A stretch of DNA of 62,671 nt from Synechococcaceae cyanobacterium (GCA_947442825.1 CANEWU010000001.1:1-62671); one strand, 5' to 3'; shown: positions 30,015 through 42,058, numbered from the stretch's first letter. A program made the numbers and translations. Notes: generated by a model not told the origin, from the sequence alone.

Positions 30015-30671
30015 ATGATCGGCTGGCTGGAGGGGCGTCTCGCCGAACCCTGGCAACAGGCGCAGCGCTGCGGGGCCCTGCTGATCTGTCACGGGGTGGG
30101 CTACGAGATGCAGCTGAGCACGCGTCACTGGCTTGCCCTGCCGGACCCGGGCACCACCCTGGCCGTGTATGTACACACCCAAGGCCGCGAAGATGGCTGG
30201 ACCCTCTACGCCTTCCCGGCCCGCTCCGAGCGCGAACTGTTCCGGGAGCTGGTGGCGGTGAGCGGAGTGGGCCCACAGATGGCCCTGGGTTTGCTGGGGA
30301 GCATGGAACCCGAGGAGTTGGCACGGGCGATCGTGCAGGCCGATCTGCGGCGGCTGAGCCAGGCGCCGGGGGTGGGGCGCCGCACGGCGGAACGCCTGGC
30401 GGTGGAGCTGCGCCAGAAGCTCCAGCAGCGCTTCCCGGTTCTGCTGGCGGGCCAGGACGCCGAGGGACCCCACCCCCAGGAGGGTGACCCCCACACCGCC
30501 CTGACGGAGGGGCAGCGGGAGGAGGTGCAGCTGACCCTGGCCACCCTCGGCTACGAGCCGCTTGAAATCCATCGGGCCCTGCGGGCGGTGGCCGGCGGCC
30601 TAGCGGAGGGGGCCGGCAGCGACGAATGGATCCGTGAATCGCTGCGCTGGTTGTCACGGCCGGCGGCGTGA
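30015..30671 (+). CDS. ruvA: Holliday junction branch migration protein RuvA
   Basis: [33 protein letters not shown]. Confidence 0.95.
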   Translation: MIGWLEGRLAEPWQQAQRCGALLICHGVGYEMQLSTRHWLALPDPGTTLAVYVHTQGREDGWTLYAFPARSERELFRELVAVSGVGPQMALGLLGSMEPEELARAIVQADLRRLSQAPGVGRRTAERLAVELRQKLQQRFPVLLAGQDAEGPHPQEGDPHTALTEGQREEVQLTLATLGYEPLEIHRALRAVAGGLAEGAGSDEWIRESLRWLSRPAA

Positions 30672-30727
30672 TCGCCCCCCCACAGAGTAAGGTAGCTGTT
30701 TGCACGTCCGCGCCAGGGGCGCCGTCT

Positions 30728-30997
30728 ATGTCGCTCACCACCACCAAGAAGCAAGAACTGATCAACGGGCACCAGACCCACGCCACCGACACCGGATCCG
30801 TGGAGGTTCAGGTGGCCATGCTCAGCGAGCGAATTCAGCAGCTCAGCGGCCATCTGCAGAAGAACATCCACGACTTCTCCTCCCGCCAGGGTCTGCTGAA
30901 GATGATCGGTCGGCGCAAGCGTCTGCTCGGCTATCTGCGGGCCCAGAGCGAAGAGCGCTACGCGGGGCTGATCGTGAAGTTGGGCATCCGCGGCTGA
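30728..30997 (+). CDS. rpsO: 30S ribosomal protein S15
   Basis: [32 protein letters not shown]. Confidence 0.98.
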   Translation: MSLTTTKKQELINGHQTHATDTGSVEVQVAMLSERIQQLSGHLQKNIHDFSSRQGLLKMIGRRKRLLGYLRAQSEERYAGLIVKLGIRG

Positions 30998-31005
30998 GGA
31001 ACTCG

Positions 31006-31443
31006 ATGGGCCGTCAGGGGGACGCGAAGGGCTCCGGAGGCGCTGGCTTTCGCCAGGCTGCGCCCTCGGGATCCGGGGTGGGTGCCGCCAGCAAGCAGCC
31101 GCGTCGTGCTTCCACCCAGGTGATCCCCGATTCGGTGTCCCAGCGGATGGTGCGACGCATCGCCCTGGCCACCGGCATCCCTAGCGTGTTGGGAATGGCG
31201 GTGATCGTGGCGAGCTACTTGCTGGTCTCGCGCCAGATCCTCTCGATACCCCCGGTGGTCACCCTCCTGGGCTCTGGCTCCTTTTTCCTGCTGGGCCTAG
31301 TGGGCCTGAGCTATGGGGTCGTGTCGGCCAGCTGGGAGGAGGCTCCAGGCACCGCGCTGGGCGTCGAGCAGATCACCAAAAACATAGGCCGCATCCGCGA
31401 CTCGGTGCGGGCGATGCGCGAGGGCAACGGCACCGGCGGCTGA
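31006..31443 (+). CDS. PAM68 family photosystem II assembly factor
   Basis: IPDSVSQRMVRRI, GLSYGVVSASW; position after rpsO. Confidence 0.88.
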   Translation: MGRQGDAKGSGGAGFRQAAPSGSGVGAASKQPRRASTQVIPDSVSQRMVRRIALATGIPSVLGMAVIVASYLLVSRQILSIPPVVTLLGSGSFFLLGLVGLSYGVVSASWEEAPGTALGVEQITKNIGRIRDSVRAMREGNGTGG

Positions 31444-31490
31444 ACGCCGCAGGACCACCGCCTAGATCCCGGCCTGGAGAACACGCTGGC

Positions 31491-34400
31491 TCAGCCCGCT
31501 TCCTGGCCCAGGGGTGAGCGCAACCGGGCGGAGAAGGATGCGGAGGTGAGGGTGGCCACGGCTGCGGAGGCATCCGCCACGCAGAACTGGGGGCCAAGTC
31601 GTACGAAGAGGTGCTGCTCCCCATCGCGCAGGCAGGCCACCACCGGCACCCGCACCCCCACCTCGTCCTGGCCAGGCCGGTGCCGATGCAAACACTCCCG
31701 CAGCCGGTGCTGCACGGCGATGTCACCAGCCTGCTCTGGCGCAAGATCCACGAGCACCAACTGGAGGTCCTCGATGCTGCGGCAGTCTTCCACGATCAGC
31801 TGCACCCGGTCATCGCGACGATCCACCGTGGCCCATACCAGCAGGCGCGCATCCACCATCAGGTGGTCGGCCAGGCGGGCATAGGCCTTGGGGAACACCA
31901 CCGCCTCGCTGGAGCCCGTGAGATCTTCCAGCTGCAGCACCGCCATGCGGTCGCCCTTGCGGGTGGTCACCTGGCGCAGTTCGGGCACCATCACCACCAG
32001 GGACACCTTGGCCTTATCGGCCTGCTCCTCCAGATGGGCCAGGGAGATCGGCGAGAGCAACTTCACACGCCCCGCCAGCTGGCGCAGGGGGTGATCGGAT
32101 AGGTAGAAGCCGAGCAGCTCCTTCTCAAGCCGGAGTTTCTCATTGGACGGATAATCGGCCACGGTGGCGGCCTTTGGCGCGGTGCTGCGATCGCCCCCGG
32201 GCGCAGCGTCGGCCTCGCCACCGCCGCCGAACAGATCGAAGAGATTGCCCTGACCGCTCGCCCGGTCGCGGGCACGGGCGTTCGCCCACTCCAACACAAG
32301 ATCCAGATCCGCCATCAACTGGGCCCGGTTGGCGCCGCTCTCCAGCGCATCAAGCGCACCGCAGTGGATCAGCGATTCCAGGGCGCGCCGGTTGAGTTGC
32401 TGGGAAGGCAGCCGGTCGCAGAGATCCGCCAGGGAGGAGAAGGGCCCATCGCTGCGTCGCGTTTCGATCAGCAGCCGGATCGCCCCATCACCGAGATTGC
32501 GCACGGCGGAGAGGCCAAAGAGGATGCGGCTGCCCACCGGCGTGAAGTCGATCCCGGAGGCGTTCACATCGGGCGGCAACACCTCAATGCCCATCGCCAG
32601 CGCATTGGCGATATAACGCTGTACCTTGTCGCTGGCCCCGGCATTGACCGTGAGCAGCGCCGCCATGTAGGCCACGGGATAGTGGGCCTTGAGATAGGCC
32701 GTCTGGTAGGTGACGGCGCCGTAGGCGGTGGAGTGGCTCTTGTTGAAGCAGTATTCGGCGAACAACACCATCTGCTCGAACAACTGCTCGGCGGTTCTGG
32801 GATCCACGCCGCGCTGGGTGGCCCCCTCCACAAAGAGGCTCTGGTGTTTCTCCATCTCGCTCTTTTTCTTCTTGCCCATCGCCCGGCGCAATAGATCAGC
32901 CTCGCCCAGTGAGTAGCCCGCCAGATCCTGGGCAATCTTCATGATCTGTTCTTGGTAGACCATGATGCCGTAGGTCTCCTGCAGGATCGGCTGCAGGCGT
33001 GGATCGGCAAAATCGATCGCCTCGCGGCCGTGTTTGCGGTGGATGAATTTCGGAATCAGCCCCGCATCGAGGGGGCCCGGACGATAGAGGGCCAGGATCG
33101 AGGAGATGTCCTCCAGGGACGAGGGTTTGAGTTCGCGCACGATCTGGCGCATGCCGCTGGATTCGAGCTGGAAGATTCCCTCCAGGTCGCCGCGAGCCAA
33201 GAGGGCAAAGGTGTCCGGATCGTCGCCAGGCAGGGCATCGGGATCGGGCCGCTCGCCTGTGTCTTGCTCCACCAGGGCCAGGGTCTTTTCGATCATGGTG
33301 AGGTTTTTAAGGCCAAGGAAGTCCATCTTCAGCAACCCCATGGACTCCACGTCTTCCATGAAGTATTGCGTGATCACCTGACCATCATTATTGCGCTGCA
33401 ACGGCACCAGTTCGTCGAGGGGATCGGCGGCAATCACCACACCGGCAGCGTGAACACCGAACGTTTTGTTGGTGCCTTCAATGCGCATTGCCAGATCCAC
33501 CCAGTGCTTCACCCTGGGATCATTCTCATACTTCTCGCGGAATTCCGGTGCGGGCGATTCAGCTCCGATCATCTCCTTGAGTTTCGCTGGCTTGCCACGC
33601 ACCACTGGAATCAACTTGGCGAGGCGATCGGCATCGCCATAGGGAATATCGAGCACTCTCGCCACATCCTTGAGCACCGCTTTGGAGGTCATGCGGTTGA
33701 AGGTGATGATCTGGGCCACCTTGTCTTCGCCGTAGCGACGGGTGACGTACTCGATGACCTCACCACGGCGCTCGATGCAGAAATCGGTATCAATATCCGG
33801 CATTGACTTGCGCTCAGGGTTGAGAAAGCGCTCAAACAGCAGGCCGGTGGTGACAGGGTCGATGTTGGTGATCCCCAAGGCGTAGGCCACCAGCGAGCCG
33901 GCCGCCGAACCCCGGCCCGGCCCCACTGGAATGCCGTTTTCCCGGGCGAAGCGGATGTAGTCCCAAACCACCAGGAAGTAGGTGGGGAAGCCCATCTGCT
34001 CCATCACCTGCAGCTCAAAGTCCAGCCGCTCGCCGTACTCGGCCGGGAACCCCTCGGATCGATCACGCTGCAGGCGCTGCGCCAGACCCAGCTCCGCCAC
34101 TTCCCGCAGGTAGCTCACCGCCGTATGTCCTTCCGGGATCGGGAAGCGGGGCATCTGATAGCGGCCAAGGATGTCGTAGTCCTCCACCTTCTCGGCCACG
34201 CGACCGGTGTTGGCAATGGCGCGCTCGATCACCTCCGGCTCGAGGTGGTCGACGAAGAGGCGACCCATCTCCTCCTCACTGCGGATGTACTCGGTGCCGG
34301 TGTAGCGCAGACGCTTTTCGTCACTGATCAGCTTGCCGGTGAGGATGCAGAGCAGGGCATCATGGGCCTCCACATCGCCACTGGTTAGGTAGTGGGCATC

Positions 34401-35021
34401 GTTGGTCGCGACCAATTCGATCCCCAGCTCTGCCCCGATGCGGGCGATCTCGGTGTTGACGATGCGATCCTCGAGGCCGCCGTGGTCTTGGATCTCCAGG
34501 TAGAAGTCGTCCCCGAACACCTCCTGATACCAACGGGCCACCTCGCGGGCGGCATCGGGGCGCCCCCGCAGAATCGCCTGGGGAATTTCACCCCCTAGGC
34601 AGGCGGTGGCCACAATCAACCCCTCGCTGTGGCGCCGGAGCACTTCCTTATCGATGCAGGCACGGGCGAAGATGCCGCGCCCGCGCATGCCACGCAGGTG
34701 GCTGATGCTGGTCAGCTTGACGAGATTGCGATAGCCGACTGCATTTTTGGCCAGAACCACCAGGTGATAGCGGCGTTCCTTCTTGCCGGCCGGCTCTTCG
34801 ATCGAACCGTTAATCACATACATCTCATTGCCGATGATCGGCTTGATGCCCGCCTTGCTGCACAGCTTGAGCAGCTCGATCGCGCCGTACATCACGCCGT
34901 GGTCGGTGAGGGCGATGGCGGGCATGCCGAGGGCCACCGCCCGCTCCACCATCGCCGGCAGCTGGCTGGCCCCATCCAGAAGGCTGTAGTCGCTGTGGTT
35001 GTGGAGCGGAACGAAGGGCAC
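31491..35021 (-). CDS. dnaE: DNA polymerase III alpha subunit, contiguous and intein-free
   Basis: [38 protein letters not shown]. Confidence 0.98.
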   Translation of the reverse strand: MPFVPLHNHSDYSLLDGASQLPAMVERAVALGMPAIALTDHGVMYGAIELLKLCSKAGIKPIIGNEMYVINGSIEEPAGKKERRYHLVVLAKNAVGYRNLVKLTSISHLRGMRGRGIFARACIDKEVLRRHSEGLIVATACLGGEIPQAILRGRPDAAREVARWYQEVFGDDFYLEIQDHGGLEDRIVNTEIARIGAELGIELVATNDAHYLTSGDVEAHDALLCILTGKLISDEKRLRYTGTEYIRSEEEMGRLFVDHLEPEVIERAIANTGRVAEKVEDYDILGRYQMPRFPIPEGHTAVSYLREVAELGLAQRLQRDRSEGFPAEYGERLDFELQVMEQMGFPTYFLVVWDYIRFARENGIPVGPGRGSAAGSLVAYALGITNIDPVTTGLLFERFLNPERKSMPDIDTDFCIERRGEVIEYVTRRYGEDKVAQIITFNRMTSKAVLKDVARVLDIPYGDADRLAKLIPVVRGKPAKLKEMIGAESPAPEFREKYENDPRVKHWVDLAMRIEGTNKTFGVHAAGVVIAADPLDELVPLQRNNDGQVITQYFMEDVESMGLLKMDFLGLKNLTMIEKTLALVEQDTGERPDPDALPGDDPDTFALLARGDLEGIFQLESSGMRQIVRELKPSSLEDISSILALYRPGPLDAGLIPKFIHRKHGREAIDFADPRLQPILQETYGIMVYQEQIMKIAQDLAGYSLGEADLLRRAMGKKKKSEMEKHQSLFVEGATQRGVDPRTAEQLFEQMVLFAEYCFNKSHSTAYGAVTYQTAYLKAHYPVAYMAALLTVNAGASDKVQRYIANALAMGIEVLPPDVNASGIDFTPVGSRILFGLSAVRNLGDGAIRLLIETRRSDGPFSSLADLCDRLPSQQLNRRALESLIHCGALDALESGANRAQLMADLDLVLEWANARARDRASGQGNLFDLFGGGGEADAAPGGDRSTAPKAATVADYPSNEKLRLEKELLGFYLSDHPLRQLAGRVKLLSPISLAHLEEQADKAKVSLVVMVPELRQVTTRKGDRMAVLQLEDLTGSSEAVVFPKAYARLADHLMVDARLLVWATVDRRDDRVQLIVEDCRSIEDLQLVLVDLAPEQAGDIAVQHRLRECLHRHRPGQDEVGVRVPVVACLRDGEQHLFVRLGPQFCVADASAAVATLTSASFSARLRSPLGQEAG

Positions 35022-35161
35022 AGCGCAGCGGCGTCGGTCGGACCGCCACGTTAGGCGAGGACACAAGCCCCAGCGCCTAACCCAGCAGGGAAGGGGGCAT
35101 TGACACTAGATGTGGGGGCAGGCCCAGCGGGGCTCTGGGGGTGGGGCCTGGCCGCCACCGC

Positions 35162-36622
35162 TCAAATCGCCAGGGGGGCCTGCGGCCGCCGCTCCATCAC
35201 CTGTGCGGCGGCCTCGAACTGGTGGGCCACCCGCAGCAGCTTCTCCTCCTCCAGCACACCGGTGATCAGCTGCAGACCGATCGGCAGGCCGGCGTCATCG
35301 AAGCCGCAGGGCACGTTGATCGCCGGCAGACCCGCCAGGTTGGCCGGGATCGTCAGCAGGTCGGCCAGGTACATCGCCAGCGGATCATCGGCATGGGCGC
35401 CGAAGCGGAAGGCGGTGGTTGGGGAGGTGGGCGAGAGGAGCACATCCACCTGGCCGAAGGCCCGATCGAAATCGCGGCGGATCAGCGTGCGCACCTGCTG
35501 GGCCTTGCGGTAGAAGGCGTCCACGTATCCGGCGGAGAGGGCATAGGTGCCGATGAGGATGCGGCGTTGCACCTCGTCGCCGAAGCCTTCGGCACGGCTG
35601 CGGGCCGTCATCTCGGCCAGGCTGCCGGCCCCCTCGCTGCGGTATCCGTATTTGACCCCGTCGTAGCGGGCCAGGTTGGCGCTGGCCTCCGAGGGGGCGA
35701 TCACGTAATAGGTGGCGATGCCGTCGTCGAAGCGGGGGCAGTCGACATCCACCAGCTCACAGCCCAGTGACTGGAGCAGATCGGCGGCAGCTAGCACCGA
35801 GGCCTTCACCTGGGGGTCAAGCCCCTGCTGCTGGAAGCACTGGCGGATCAGCCCCACCCGCAGGCCGGCGAGCGGCGCCTCAAGGCCGGCCACGTAATCG
35901 GGTACGGGGGCGCGCAGGCAGGTGGCATCGCGCGGGTCGGCGCCGGCAATCACCTGCAGCAGCTCGGCGGTATCGGCAACGCTGGAGGTGAAGGGGCCCA
36001 CCTGGTCGAGGGAACTGGCGAAGGCGATCAGGCCCCAGCGGCTCACCCGGCCGTAGGTGGGCTTGAGACCCACCACGCCACAGAAGGCGGCGGGCTGGCG
36101 AATCGAACCGCCGGTGTCGGAGCCCAGGGCGGCCACGCACTCACCGGCAGCCACCGCGGCTGCACTGCCTCCGGAGCTGCCCCCGGGCACCCGCTCGGGG
36201 TTCCAGGGGTTGCGGCTGGGCCCGAAGGCCGAGGTCTCGGTGGAGCTGCCCATGGCGAACTCATCGAGATTGGTCTTGCCCAGCAGGATCGCCCCGGCCT
36301 TCCATAACCGCTCGGTGACGGTGGATTCGTAGGGAGGCACGAACGTCTCCAGCATCCGGCTGGAGCAGGTGGTGCGGATGCCGAGGGTGCAGAGGTTGTC
36401 CTTGATCGCCAGGGGAACGCCGGCGAGAGGGGGGAGGGTCTCGCCCGCGAGGCGGGCAGCGTCGATGCGATCAGCATCAGAGCGGGCCCGCTGGGCGGTG
36501 ACCTCCAGAAAGGCGTGGATAGTGGGATCGACAGCCTCGATCCGCGCAAGATAACGATCGGTGAGCTCGCGGGCGGACAACTCACCGCGCTCGAGTTTCT
36601 CGCGCCACTGGGCGATCCCCAT
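35162..36622 (-). CDS. gatA: Asp/Glu-tRNA amidotransferase subunit A
   Basis: [39 protein letters not shown]. Confidence 0.97.
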   Translation of the reverse strand: MGIAQWREKLERGELSARELTDRYLARIEAVDPTIHAFLEVTAQRARSDADRIDAARLAGETLPPLAGVPLAIKDNLCTLGIRTTCSSRMLETFVPPYESTVTERLWKAGAILLGKTNLDEFAMGSSTETSAFGPSRNPWNPERVPGGSSGGSAAAVAAGECVAALGSDTGGSIRQPAAFCGVVGLKPTYGRVSRWGLIAFASSLDQVGPFTSSVADTAELLQVIAGADPRDATCLRAPVPDYVAGLEAPLAGLRVGLIRQCFQQQGLDPQVKASVLAAADLLQSLGCELVDVDCPRFDDGIATYYVIAPSEASANLARYDGVKYGYRSEGAGSLAEMTARSRAEGFGDEVQRRILIGTYALSAGYVDAFYRKAQQVRTLIRRDFDRAFGQVDVLLSPTSPTTAFRFGAHADDPLAMYLADLLTIPANLAGLPAINVPCGFDDAGLPIGLQLITGVLEEEKLLRVAHQFEAAAQVMERRPQAPLAI

Positions 36623-36664
36623 CGGCCGTTTCCAGGCTGCTGGGGCGACGCTATCAGCTAGGGG

Positions 36665-36919
36665 TCAGCCGCCGGACCCGTGGGTGGTTTCGGTGAGTGG
36701 CTCGCCCCGCTGGGTGCGCAGCAGGTGATGCTCAAGGGAGGCGGGAGCCTCGGAGCGCAGGTCGTCGAGGAAGGCGGGCAGATGGCGCTCGAGGGTGCCG
36801 CGTCGCACGAAGGGGCCGAACCAATAGACGGCATCAGGCGAACGGGTCTCGACCCTTGCCCACCAGGCCAGACCGAGCCCGTTCAGGAGGCTCCGCATCG
36901 GCCAGAGCAGGGGATTCAT
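36665..36919 (-). CDS. DUF1816-like protein
   Basis: GLAWWARVET..P...YWFGPF. Confidence 0.75.
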   Translation of the reverse strand: MNPLLWPMRSLLNGLGLAWWARVETRSPDAVYWFGPFVRRGTLERHLPAFLDDLRSEAPASLEHHLLRTQRGEPLTETTHGSGG

Positions 36920-36992
36920 GGGCAAGGTCGCAGACTTCTCCATTCTGAACATGCCGCCCGAAGGGCGGCATGCCCCCAGGCGGCAAGGGTGG

Positions 36993-38819
36993 TCAGAGGC
37001 TGATGTCCGTGGCGAAGGGATCGGTCACCGGCTCGGGCTCGGGCTCGGGCTCAGCCTCCGGGAGCGGGGTGGCAGAAGCGGGAGCGGGCATCCAGGAGGG
37101 CCGCTCCTCAGCCACAGCGCCGAAGGTCTCGTCGGTGGCCTCCTCAAAGGCCTCCTCGGGGGCCAGGGGGGGGGAATCCCCAGCGGCCGGGAGAAGGGAA
37201 TCCTCGAGAGCTGCGTCGGCCTCCCCAAGCTCGAAGGCAACCGTGGGCTCAGCCAAGACCACGGGAACCCCATCAGGCTCAGCCGTCGCCCCGTCCACGG
37301 GCTCCTCAGCCACCGCAGCCACCGGCGGGGCCGGCAGGGCGGGACGCACGAGCCGCGGAGCCGGAGCGCTGCCGCTCAGGCCATGCATCCAGCCGCGACG
37401 GGCCACCTCGAAGAGCACCAGGGCTGTGGCCACAGCGGCGTTCAGGCTTGGGGTGGCACCCCGCAGCGGCACTCGTACCAGCTGGTCGCAGCTGCGGCGC
37501 GTGAGCATCGAGAGGCCCTCCGCCTCCGATCCGGTGACAACCACCAGAGGGCCGCTCAGATCAGCCTCCTCGAGGGTGACGCTGCCTTCGCCGGCCAGGC
37601 CCACCACCCGGTAGCCCTCCTGCTTCAGGGTGTCGAGCGCGCGGTTGAGGTTCACCACCCGAGCCACGGGCAGGTGTTCCAGGGCGCCTGCGGCCACCTT
37701 GGCCACCGAACCGGTGAGGCCGGCACTGCGACGCTGGGGGAGAACCATGCCGTGGGCCCCGAGGGCCTCGGCACTGCGCACGATCGAACCGAGGTTCTGG
37801 GGGTCGGTGAGACCGTCGAGAGCGATCAGGAGGGGAGCTTCCGCCAGCTGGCGACAGCCCTCCATCAAGGTGGGGAGATCAAGGCTCTCGGCTGCGGCGG
37901 GCTGGAGCACGATCCCCTGGTGCACCCCGCCGCTGCTGATCTGGCCGAGGCGGGCCCAGGTGACCTCCTCCACGAGCACCCCGGAGGCCTTGGCCTCGCG
38001 CAGCAACTGCAGGAAGCGGGGGCTGAAGCGCATCTCTGGGGTGCACCAGATGCGATGCACCGGCCGACCGCTCTCCAGGGCCGCCAAGGAGGTGTGCCGC
38101 CCCCAGATCAGATCGGTGGCGACATCGGGGGCGTGGCTCGCGGCTTCGCCGCGCGGCTCAGGGCCAACGGCATCGGCGAAGACGGGCGGGCCTGAGCGCT
38201 CGCTTCGACGGGGATCGGGCGGTGCGCCTTCCCGGAAGGGGCGGCGGGGGAAGCGGGGCTGGGGGAAGCGCGGCTGTCGGCTGTCGGCGCTGCGCTCTCC
38301 GGAGGGGGAGGGAAAGCGATCGGGCCGGCCGAAGCGATCGGGGGCTCCGAAGCGATCGGGGCGGCCGAAGCGCTCGGGGCGGCCGGGCCGAGCAGGTCGG
38401 GGGAAGCGATCCCCCGTAGCGGGGCGCTCACCACGGCCGAAGCGGGGCCCCCGCTCCGGGCGATCCACCCGCTCAAAACGGGGGGCAGCCCGGAAGGGGC
38501 GATCCCCACGCTCCCCGCCCCGTTCACCGGGTCGGTCTCCGGGTCGCCCCCCGGGCCGCTCGGACGAGCGCGGGCCGGGCCGATCAAACGACCGTGGGCC
38601 AGGCCGATCAAACGACCGCGGGCCGGGCCGATCGGCGGGGCGCTCGCCCGATCGCTGCCAGGGGTTCTCGCCCCCCGGCTCCCGATCCCGGCGGGGGCGG
38701 GGAGGACCAAAGCGGGAGGCACCGGGACGGGGACCCCGCCGACCGGCGGGGCCGTTGCCTGGACCGGGGCGACCACGGTCCGGCCTCGGGTCGAAGCGAC
38801 GATCGGATGGGGGACTCAT
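36993..38819 (-). CDS. rlmB: 23S rRNA Gm2251 methyltransferase with long low-complexity extensions
   Basis: HQGI, DPQNLGSIVRSAEA, GSEAEGL, SLNAAVA SPOUT motifs. Confidence 0.92.
   Translation of the reverse strand: MSPPSDRRFDPRPDRGRPGPGNGPAGRRGPRPGASRFGPPRPRRDREPGGENPWQRSGERPADRPGPRSFDRPGPRSFDRPGPRSSERPGGRPGDRPGERGGERGDRPFRAAPRFERVDRPERGPRFGRGERPATGDRFPRPARPGRPERFGRPDRFGAPDRFGRPDRFPSPSGERSADSRQPRFPQPRFPRRPFREGAPPDPRRSERSGPPVFADAVGPEPRGEAASHAPDVATDLIWGRHTSLAALESGRPVHRIWCTPEMRFSPRFLQLLREAKASGVLVEEVTWARLGQISSGGVHQGIVLQPAAAESLDLPTLMEGCRQLAEAPLLIALDGLTDPQNLGSIVRSAEALGAHGMVLPQRRSAGLTGSVAKVAAGALEHLPVARVVNLNRALDTLKQEGYRVVGLAGEGSVTLEEADLSGPLVVVTGSEAEGLSMLTRRSCDQLVRVPLRGATPSLNAAVATALVLFEVARRGWMHGLSGSAPAPRLVRPALPAPPVAAVAEEPVDGATAEPDGVPVVLAEPTVAFELGEADAALEDSLLPAAGDSPPLAPEEAFEEATDETFGAVAEERPSWMPAPASATPLPEAEPEPEPEPVTDPFATDISL
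38314..38385 (-). repeat. 18-bp tandem repeat x4 inside rlmB
   Basis: aagcgatcgggccggccg-like units encoding GRPDRF-like hexapeptides. Confidence 0.85.
38572..38633 (-). repeat. 24-bp tandem repeat (about 2.6 copies) inside rlmB
   Basis: gggccRggccgatcaaacgaccgY units encoding DRPGPRSF. Confidence 0.85.
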
Positions 38820-38840
38820 GGGCGGGGTGGCGTAGATCCG

Positions 38841-39290
38841 TCAGGGGCTGCTGGGTGGCTGCGGCATCTCGAGGGCATCGAGCAGCTCGGCAAGCCGCTG
38901 CGGATCGCGCAGAAACAGCCACCCCAGCATCGTCTCAAATCCCGTGGCCTGCCCATAGGAGGCAGGATCGCCACCCCGGGGCCCACGGCCGGCCCGGTTG
39001 CGGCCGCGCCGCACCAGATCCCGCTCGCCATCCCGCAACAAAGGATCGAGCCAGGCGAGCGCCTCCGCCTGGGCGGTGGCCTTCACCCGGCCCACCACGG
39101 ACCGGTGCAGATCCTGGGGGCGGCCAGGGCGGTGGCAGTGTCGACGCCGCTGGTGCAGTTCCCAAACCGCATCACCGAGCCAGGCGAGCTGCAGGGGCGG
39201 CAGGTCGGGTGAGGCATCGCTGACGGCCAGACCGGCCAGCCAGGAGGCGGTGGGCTCAGGCGGCGGAGAGGCTGCCAAGGGCCGTCTCAA
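38841..39290 (-). CDS. mrnC: Mini-ribonuclease III (start uncertain)
   Basis: LAWLGDAVWEL, RRGRN, ATGFETMLGWL; adjacent to rlmB. Confidence 0.85.
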   Translation of the reverse strand: MRRPLAASPPPEPTASWLAGLAVSDASPDLPPLQLAWLGDAVWELHQRRRHCHRPGRPQDLHRSVVGRVKATAQAEALAWLDPLLRDGERDLVRRGRNRAGRGPRGGDPASYGQATGFETMLGWLFLRDPQRLAELLDALEMPQPPSSP

Positions 39291-39606
39291 GATCGGGCTG
39301 GAGGTGCAGGAACTCCTCCAGCCGCACCAGTTTCACCGTCTGGATCACGCGGGCGTTGCCGACCACCTGGAACTGGGTCTTGGCGTCCTTGCATTGTTTG
39401 GCGAGCTGCACCAGGGCGCCCAGGCCAGAGGAATCAAGGAAATCGATGCGGCTGAGGTCGATCACCGCCGGCAACCCGTTGCCCTGCAGGTTTTCCTCTA
39501 CGAAGGTGGTGAACTGCTTGTCGGAGTAAGCGTCGAGCTGGCCGGTGAAGGCAAACAGCAAGCACGCAGCCTGCCGCTCGCAGCCACCCCGGAGGGAGAC
39601 GGTCAA
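39256..39606 (-). CDS. STAS-domain anti-sigma factor antagonist
   Basis: GQLD, IDLSRIDFLDSSGLGALV. Confidence 0.9.
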   Translation of the reverse strand: MTVSLRGGCERQAACLLFAFTGQLDAYSDKQFTTFVEENLQGNGLPAVIDLSRIDFLDSSGLGALVQLAKQCKDAKTQFQVVGNARVIQTVKLVRLEEFLHLQPDLETALGSLSAA

Positions 39607-39737
39607 TCGCTGCAGTGGAATGGGTGGATGGGTGATGGCTCCAGCCCTCGCGTGGCGTCGTCGCGAGGAAGTGTAGAGAGGGGCTCCGGTGCTGGCAGTG
39701 GCGCAACAAAACGTTCCGCCGCCCTTGCGGAGGGAGC

Positions 39738-40922
39738 TCAGTGACGTCGGGCGGCCATCAGCGCCACGAAGCGGGCGAAGTGGTGGTCGGCATCGTGGGG
39801 GCCCGGACTGGCCTCCGGGTGATATTGCACGCCGAAGACCGGCTGGTGCCGCATTTCCAGACCCGCCACGGTGCGGTCGTTGAGGTTGTGGTGGGAGATC
39901 CGCACCCGCTCCTGGGGCAGGGAGGCGGCGTCAAGGGCAAAACCGTGGTTCTGGCTGGTGATCTCCACAGACCCCGGGGTGCCGCAGGGATGGTTGAGGC
40001 CCCGGTGGCCATAGCCGAGCTTGAAGGTGCGACCACCCAGGGCCAACCCGAGGATCTGATGCCCCAGGCAGATGCCGAACAACGGCAGGTTGCCCTCATG
40101 GATGAGGTCGACCGCCAGGGCGATGCCGCTGTGCACCGCCGCCGGATCACCCGGGCCGTTAGAGAGAAACACACCCTCCGGCTCATGGCGGAGTACGTCT
40201 TGAAGGCCGCTGCCGGCCGGCAGCACGGTGACCTCACAGCCATGGGCCACCAACCGCTCGAGAATCGCCCGTTTGATGCCGAAGTCGATCGCAACTACGC
40301 GGTAGGGCCGCTGCGGTTGGGCCTGGGGCCGGGCATCGAAATCAGCCGGGCAGAGGGAGGTCCAGCGGTAGGGCTCGGCGGTGCTGACCCCCTCCGCCAG
40401 GTTGAGCCCATCCATGGACGGGGCGGAGCGCACGCGCTCCAGCAGGGCCGCCGGGGCGGTGCCATCACTGGCGATGGCGCCATTCATGGCGCCCCCCTCC
40501 CGCAGGTGGCGCACCAGGGCCCGGGTGTCGATCCCTTCGATGCCCACCACGCCATGGCGCTGCAGCCAGGGCTCGAGCTCCTCCTCGCTGCGCCAGCTGC
40601 TGGCCACCGGCGAAAGACGCCGGGCGATCAGGCCACGGGCGTGAGGGGCGTTGGCCTCCTGGTCCTGGCTGTTGACGCCGGTGTTGCCGAGCTCGGGATA
40701 GGTGAAGGTGACGAGCTGACCGGCGTAGCTGGGGTCGGTGAGCACCTCCTGGTAGCCGGTCATCCCCGTGTTGAAAACCACTTCGCCGATGGCGATGCCG
40801 CGGGCGCCGCAGGGGCGGCCCCGCAACACCAAACCATCGGCGAGCACCAGCACGGCCTCCGCCGCAGGATCGGGGTGGGGAGAATTCGGGGTCAACGGCG
40901 CTGGATCACCTGGGGCGATCAT
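39738..40922 (-). CDS. carA: Carbamoyl-phosphate synthase small subunit
   Basis: [41 protein letters not shown]. Confidence 0.97.
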   Translation of the reverse strand: MIAPGDPAPLTPNSPHPDPAAEAVLVLADGLVLRGRPCGARGIAIGEVVFNTGMTGYQEVLTDPSYAGQLVTFTYPELGNTGVNSQDQEANAPHARGLIARRLSPVASSWRSEEELEPWLQRHGVVGIEGIDTRALVRHLREGGAMNGAIASDGTAPAALLERVRSAPSMDGLNLAEGVSTAEPYRWTSLCPADFDARPQAQPQRPYRVVAIDFGIKRAILERLVAHGCEVTVLPAGSGLQDVLRHEPEGVFLSNGPGDPAAVHSGIALAVDLIHEGNLPLFGICLGHQILGLALGGRTFKLGYGHRGLNHPCGTPGSVEITSQNHGFALDAASLPQERVRISHHNLNDRTVAGLEMRHQPVFGVQYHPEASPGPHDADHHFARFVALMAARRH

Positions 40923-42001
40923 CCCGCAGCACCCGATCCCGCCGGCGCCGCGGCGGTGTCATCGGCGCGCAGGAAGGTGGCCAGGCCGTTCAGCCGCTGC
41001 CAGGGGAGCCCCTGGACCAGGGCCTCGCGGGCCAGGGCCAGCCCCTCGGCCACCGAGCCCGCCCTTCCGGCCACCCAGAGCACCAGGGCGCTGTTCAGGG
41101 CCACGACGTCGCGCTGGGGGCAGGTGCCCCCCCCTTGAAGCACCGCCTGAAGAATCGCGCGGTTTTCCGCCAGCCCCCCCCCACAGATCGCCTCCAAGGG
41201 AGCCGGCTCCAGACCGAGGGCCCAGGGGTCGAGCACCTCGCGCCGCAGGCTGCCGTTCTCAAGCACCCGTAGCTCGCTGGGGCCGGAGAGGGTGGCCTCA
41301 TCGAGGCCCCCGTGGCCATGGACCACCACCGCGCGCCCCTGCTCGAGCCGACAGAGGGCCTCCGCCATCGGATCGAGCAGGTCGGGGCGAGCCACGCCGA
41401 GCACATGGCTCTCAGGCCGCAGGGGGTTCACCAGCGGACCCAGCAGGTTGAACACCGTGCGGACTCCGAGCGTGCGGCGCACCGGTGCCAGCCCCGCCAG
41501 GGCGGGATGCCAGCCCGGGGCAAACAGGAAGGTCACCCCCACCGCCGGCAGGGCCGCCAGGGCGCGGGCGGTGGGGGCCTGCAGATCGACCCCGAGGGCT
41601 TCAAGAACATCGGCCGAGCCGACGCGGCCGCTGGCACTGCGATTGCCGTGCTTGGCCACCGTGGCTCCGCAAGCAGCGGCGGTGAAGGCCACGGCGGTGC
41701 TGATGTTGAAGCTGTCCACCCCCGCGCCACCGGTGCCGCAGGTATCCACCAACGGCAAGGCTGGCCGCTCGCCGGGCAGGGCGCAGGCCTGGCGGAGTTC
41801 GGCGGCCATCGCCGCCAGCTCCTCGCCGTTGACCCCCTTGCAGCGCAGGGCGGTGAGCAGGGCGGCGGTGACGAGTGGATCCACCTCCCCCGCCAGCCAG
41901 GCGCGCATCAGGGCTCCGGCGCTGGCGGTATCGAGGTGGCGACCCTGGATGAGCGGCTCCAGCAACGCGGGACCGGAGAGGGGGGAAGCGGAGGAGCTCA
42001 T
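40919..42001 (-). CDS. trpD: Anthranilate phosphoribosyltransferase
   Basis: [38 protein letters not shown]. Confidence 0.96.
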   Translation of the reverse strand: MSSSASPLSGPALLEPLIQGRHLDTASAGALMRAWLAGEVDPLVTAALLTALRCKGVNGEELAAMAAELRQACALPGERPALPLVDTCGTGGAGVDSFNISTAVAFTAAACGATVAKHGNRSASGRVGSADVLEALGVDLQAPTARALAALPAVGVTFLFAPGWHPALAGLAPVRRTLGVRTVFNLLGPLVNPLRPESHVLGVARPDLLDPMAEALCRLEQGRAVVVHGHGGLDEATLSGPSELRVLENGSLRREVLDPWALGLEPAPLEAICGGGLAENRAILQAVLQGGGTCPQRDVVALNSALVLWVAGRAGSVAEGLALAREALVQGLPWQRLNGLATFLRADDTAAAPAGSGAAG

Positions 42002-42028
42002 CGGGGCAGACGGGCCGTAAGCGGGCAG

Positions 42029-42058
42029 AAAAAAGCCCGGGTGCAAGGCACGCCGGGC
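42029..42058 (-). terminator. Intrinsic terminator-like hairpin with U6 tail, upstream of trpD
   Basis: Minus strand GCCCGG-c-GTGC-ctt-GCAC-CCGGGC-TTTTTT. Confidence 0.7.

Noticed and set aside
38314-38633. Repeats as a possible CRISPR array
   Set aside because: No unique spacers, unit lengths are multiples of three inside rlmB, and there are no cas genes.
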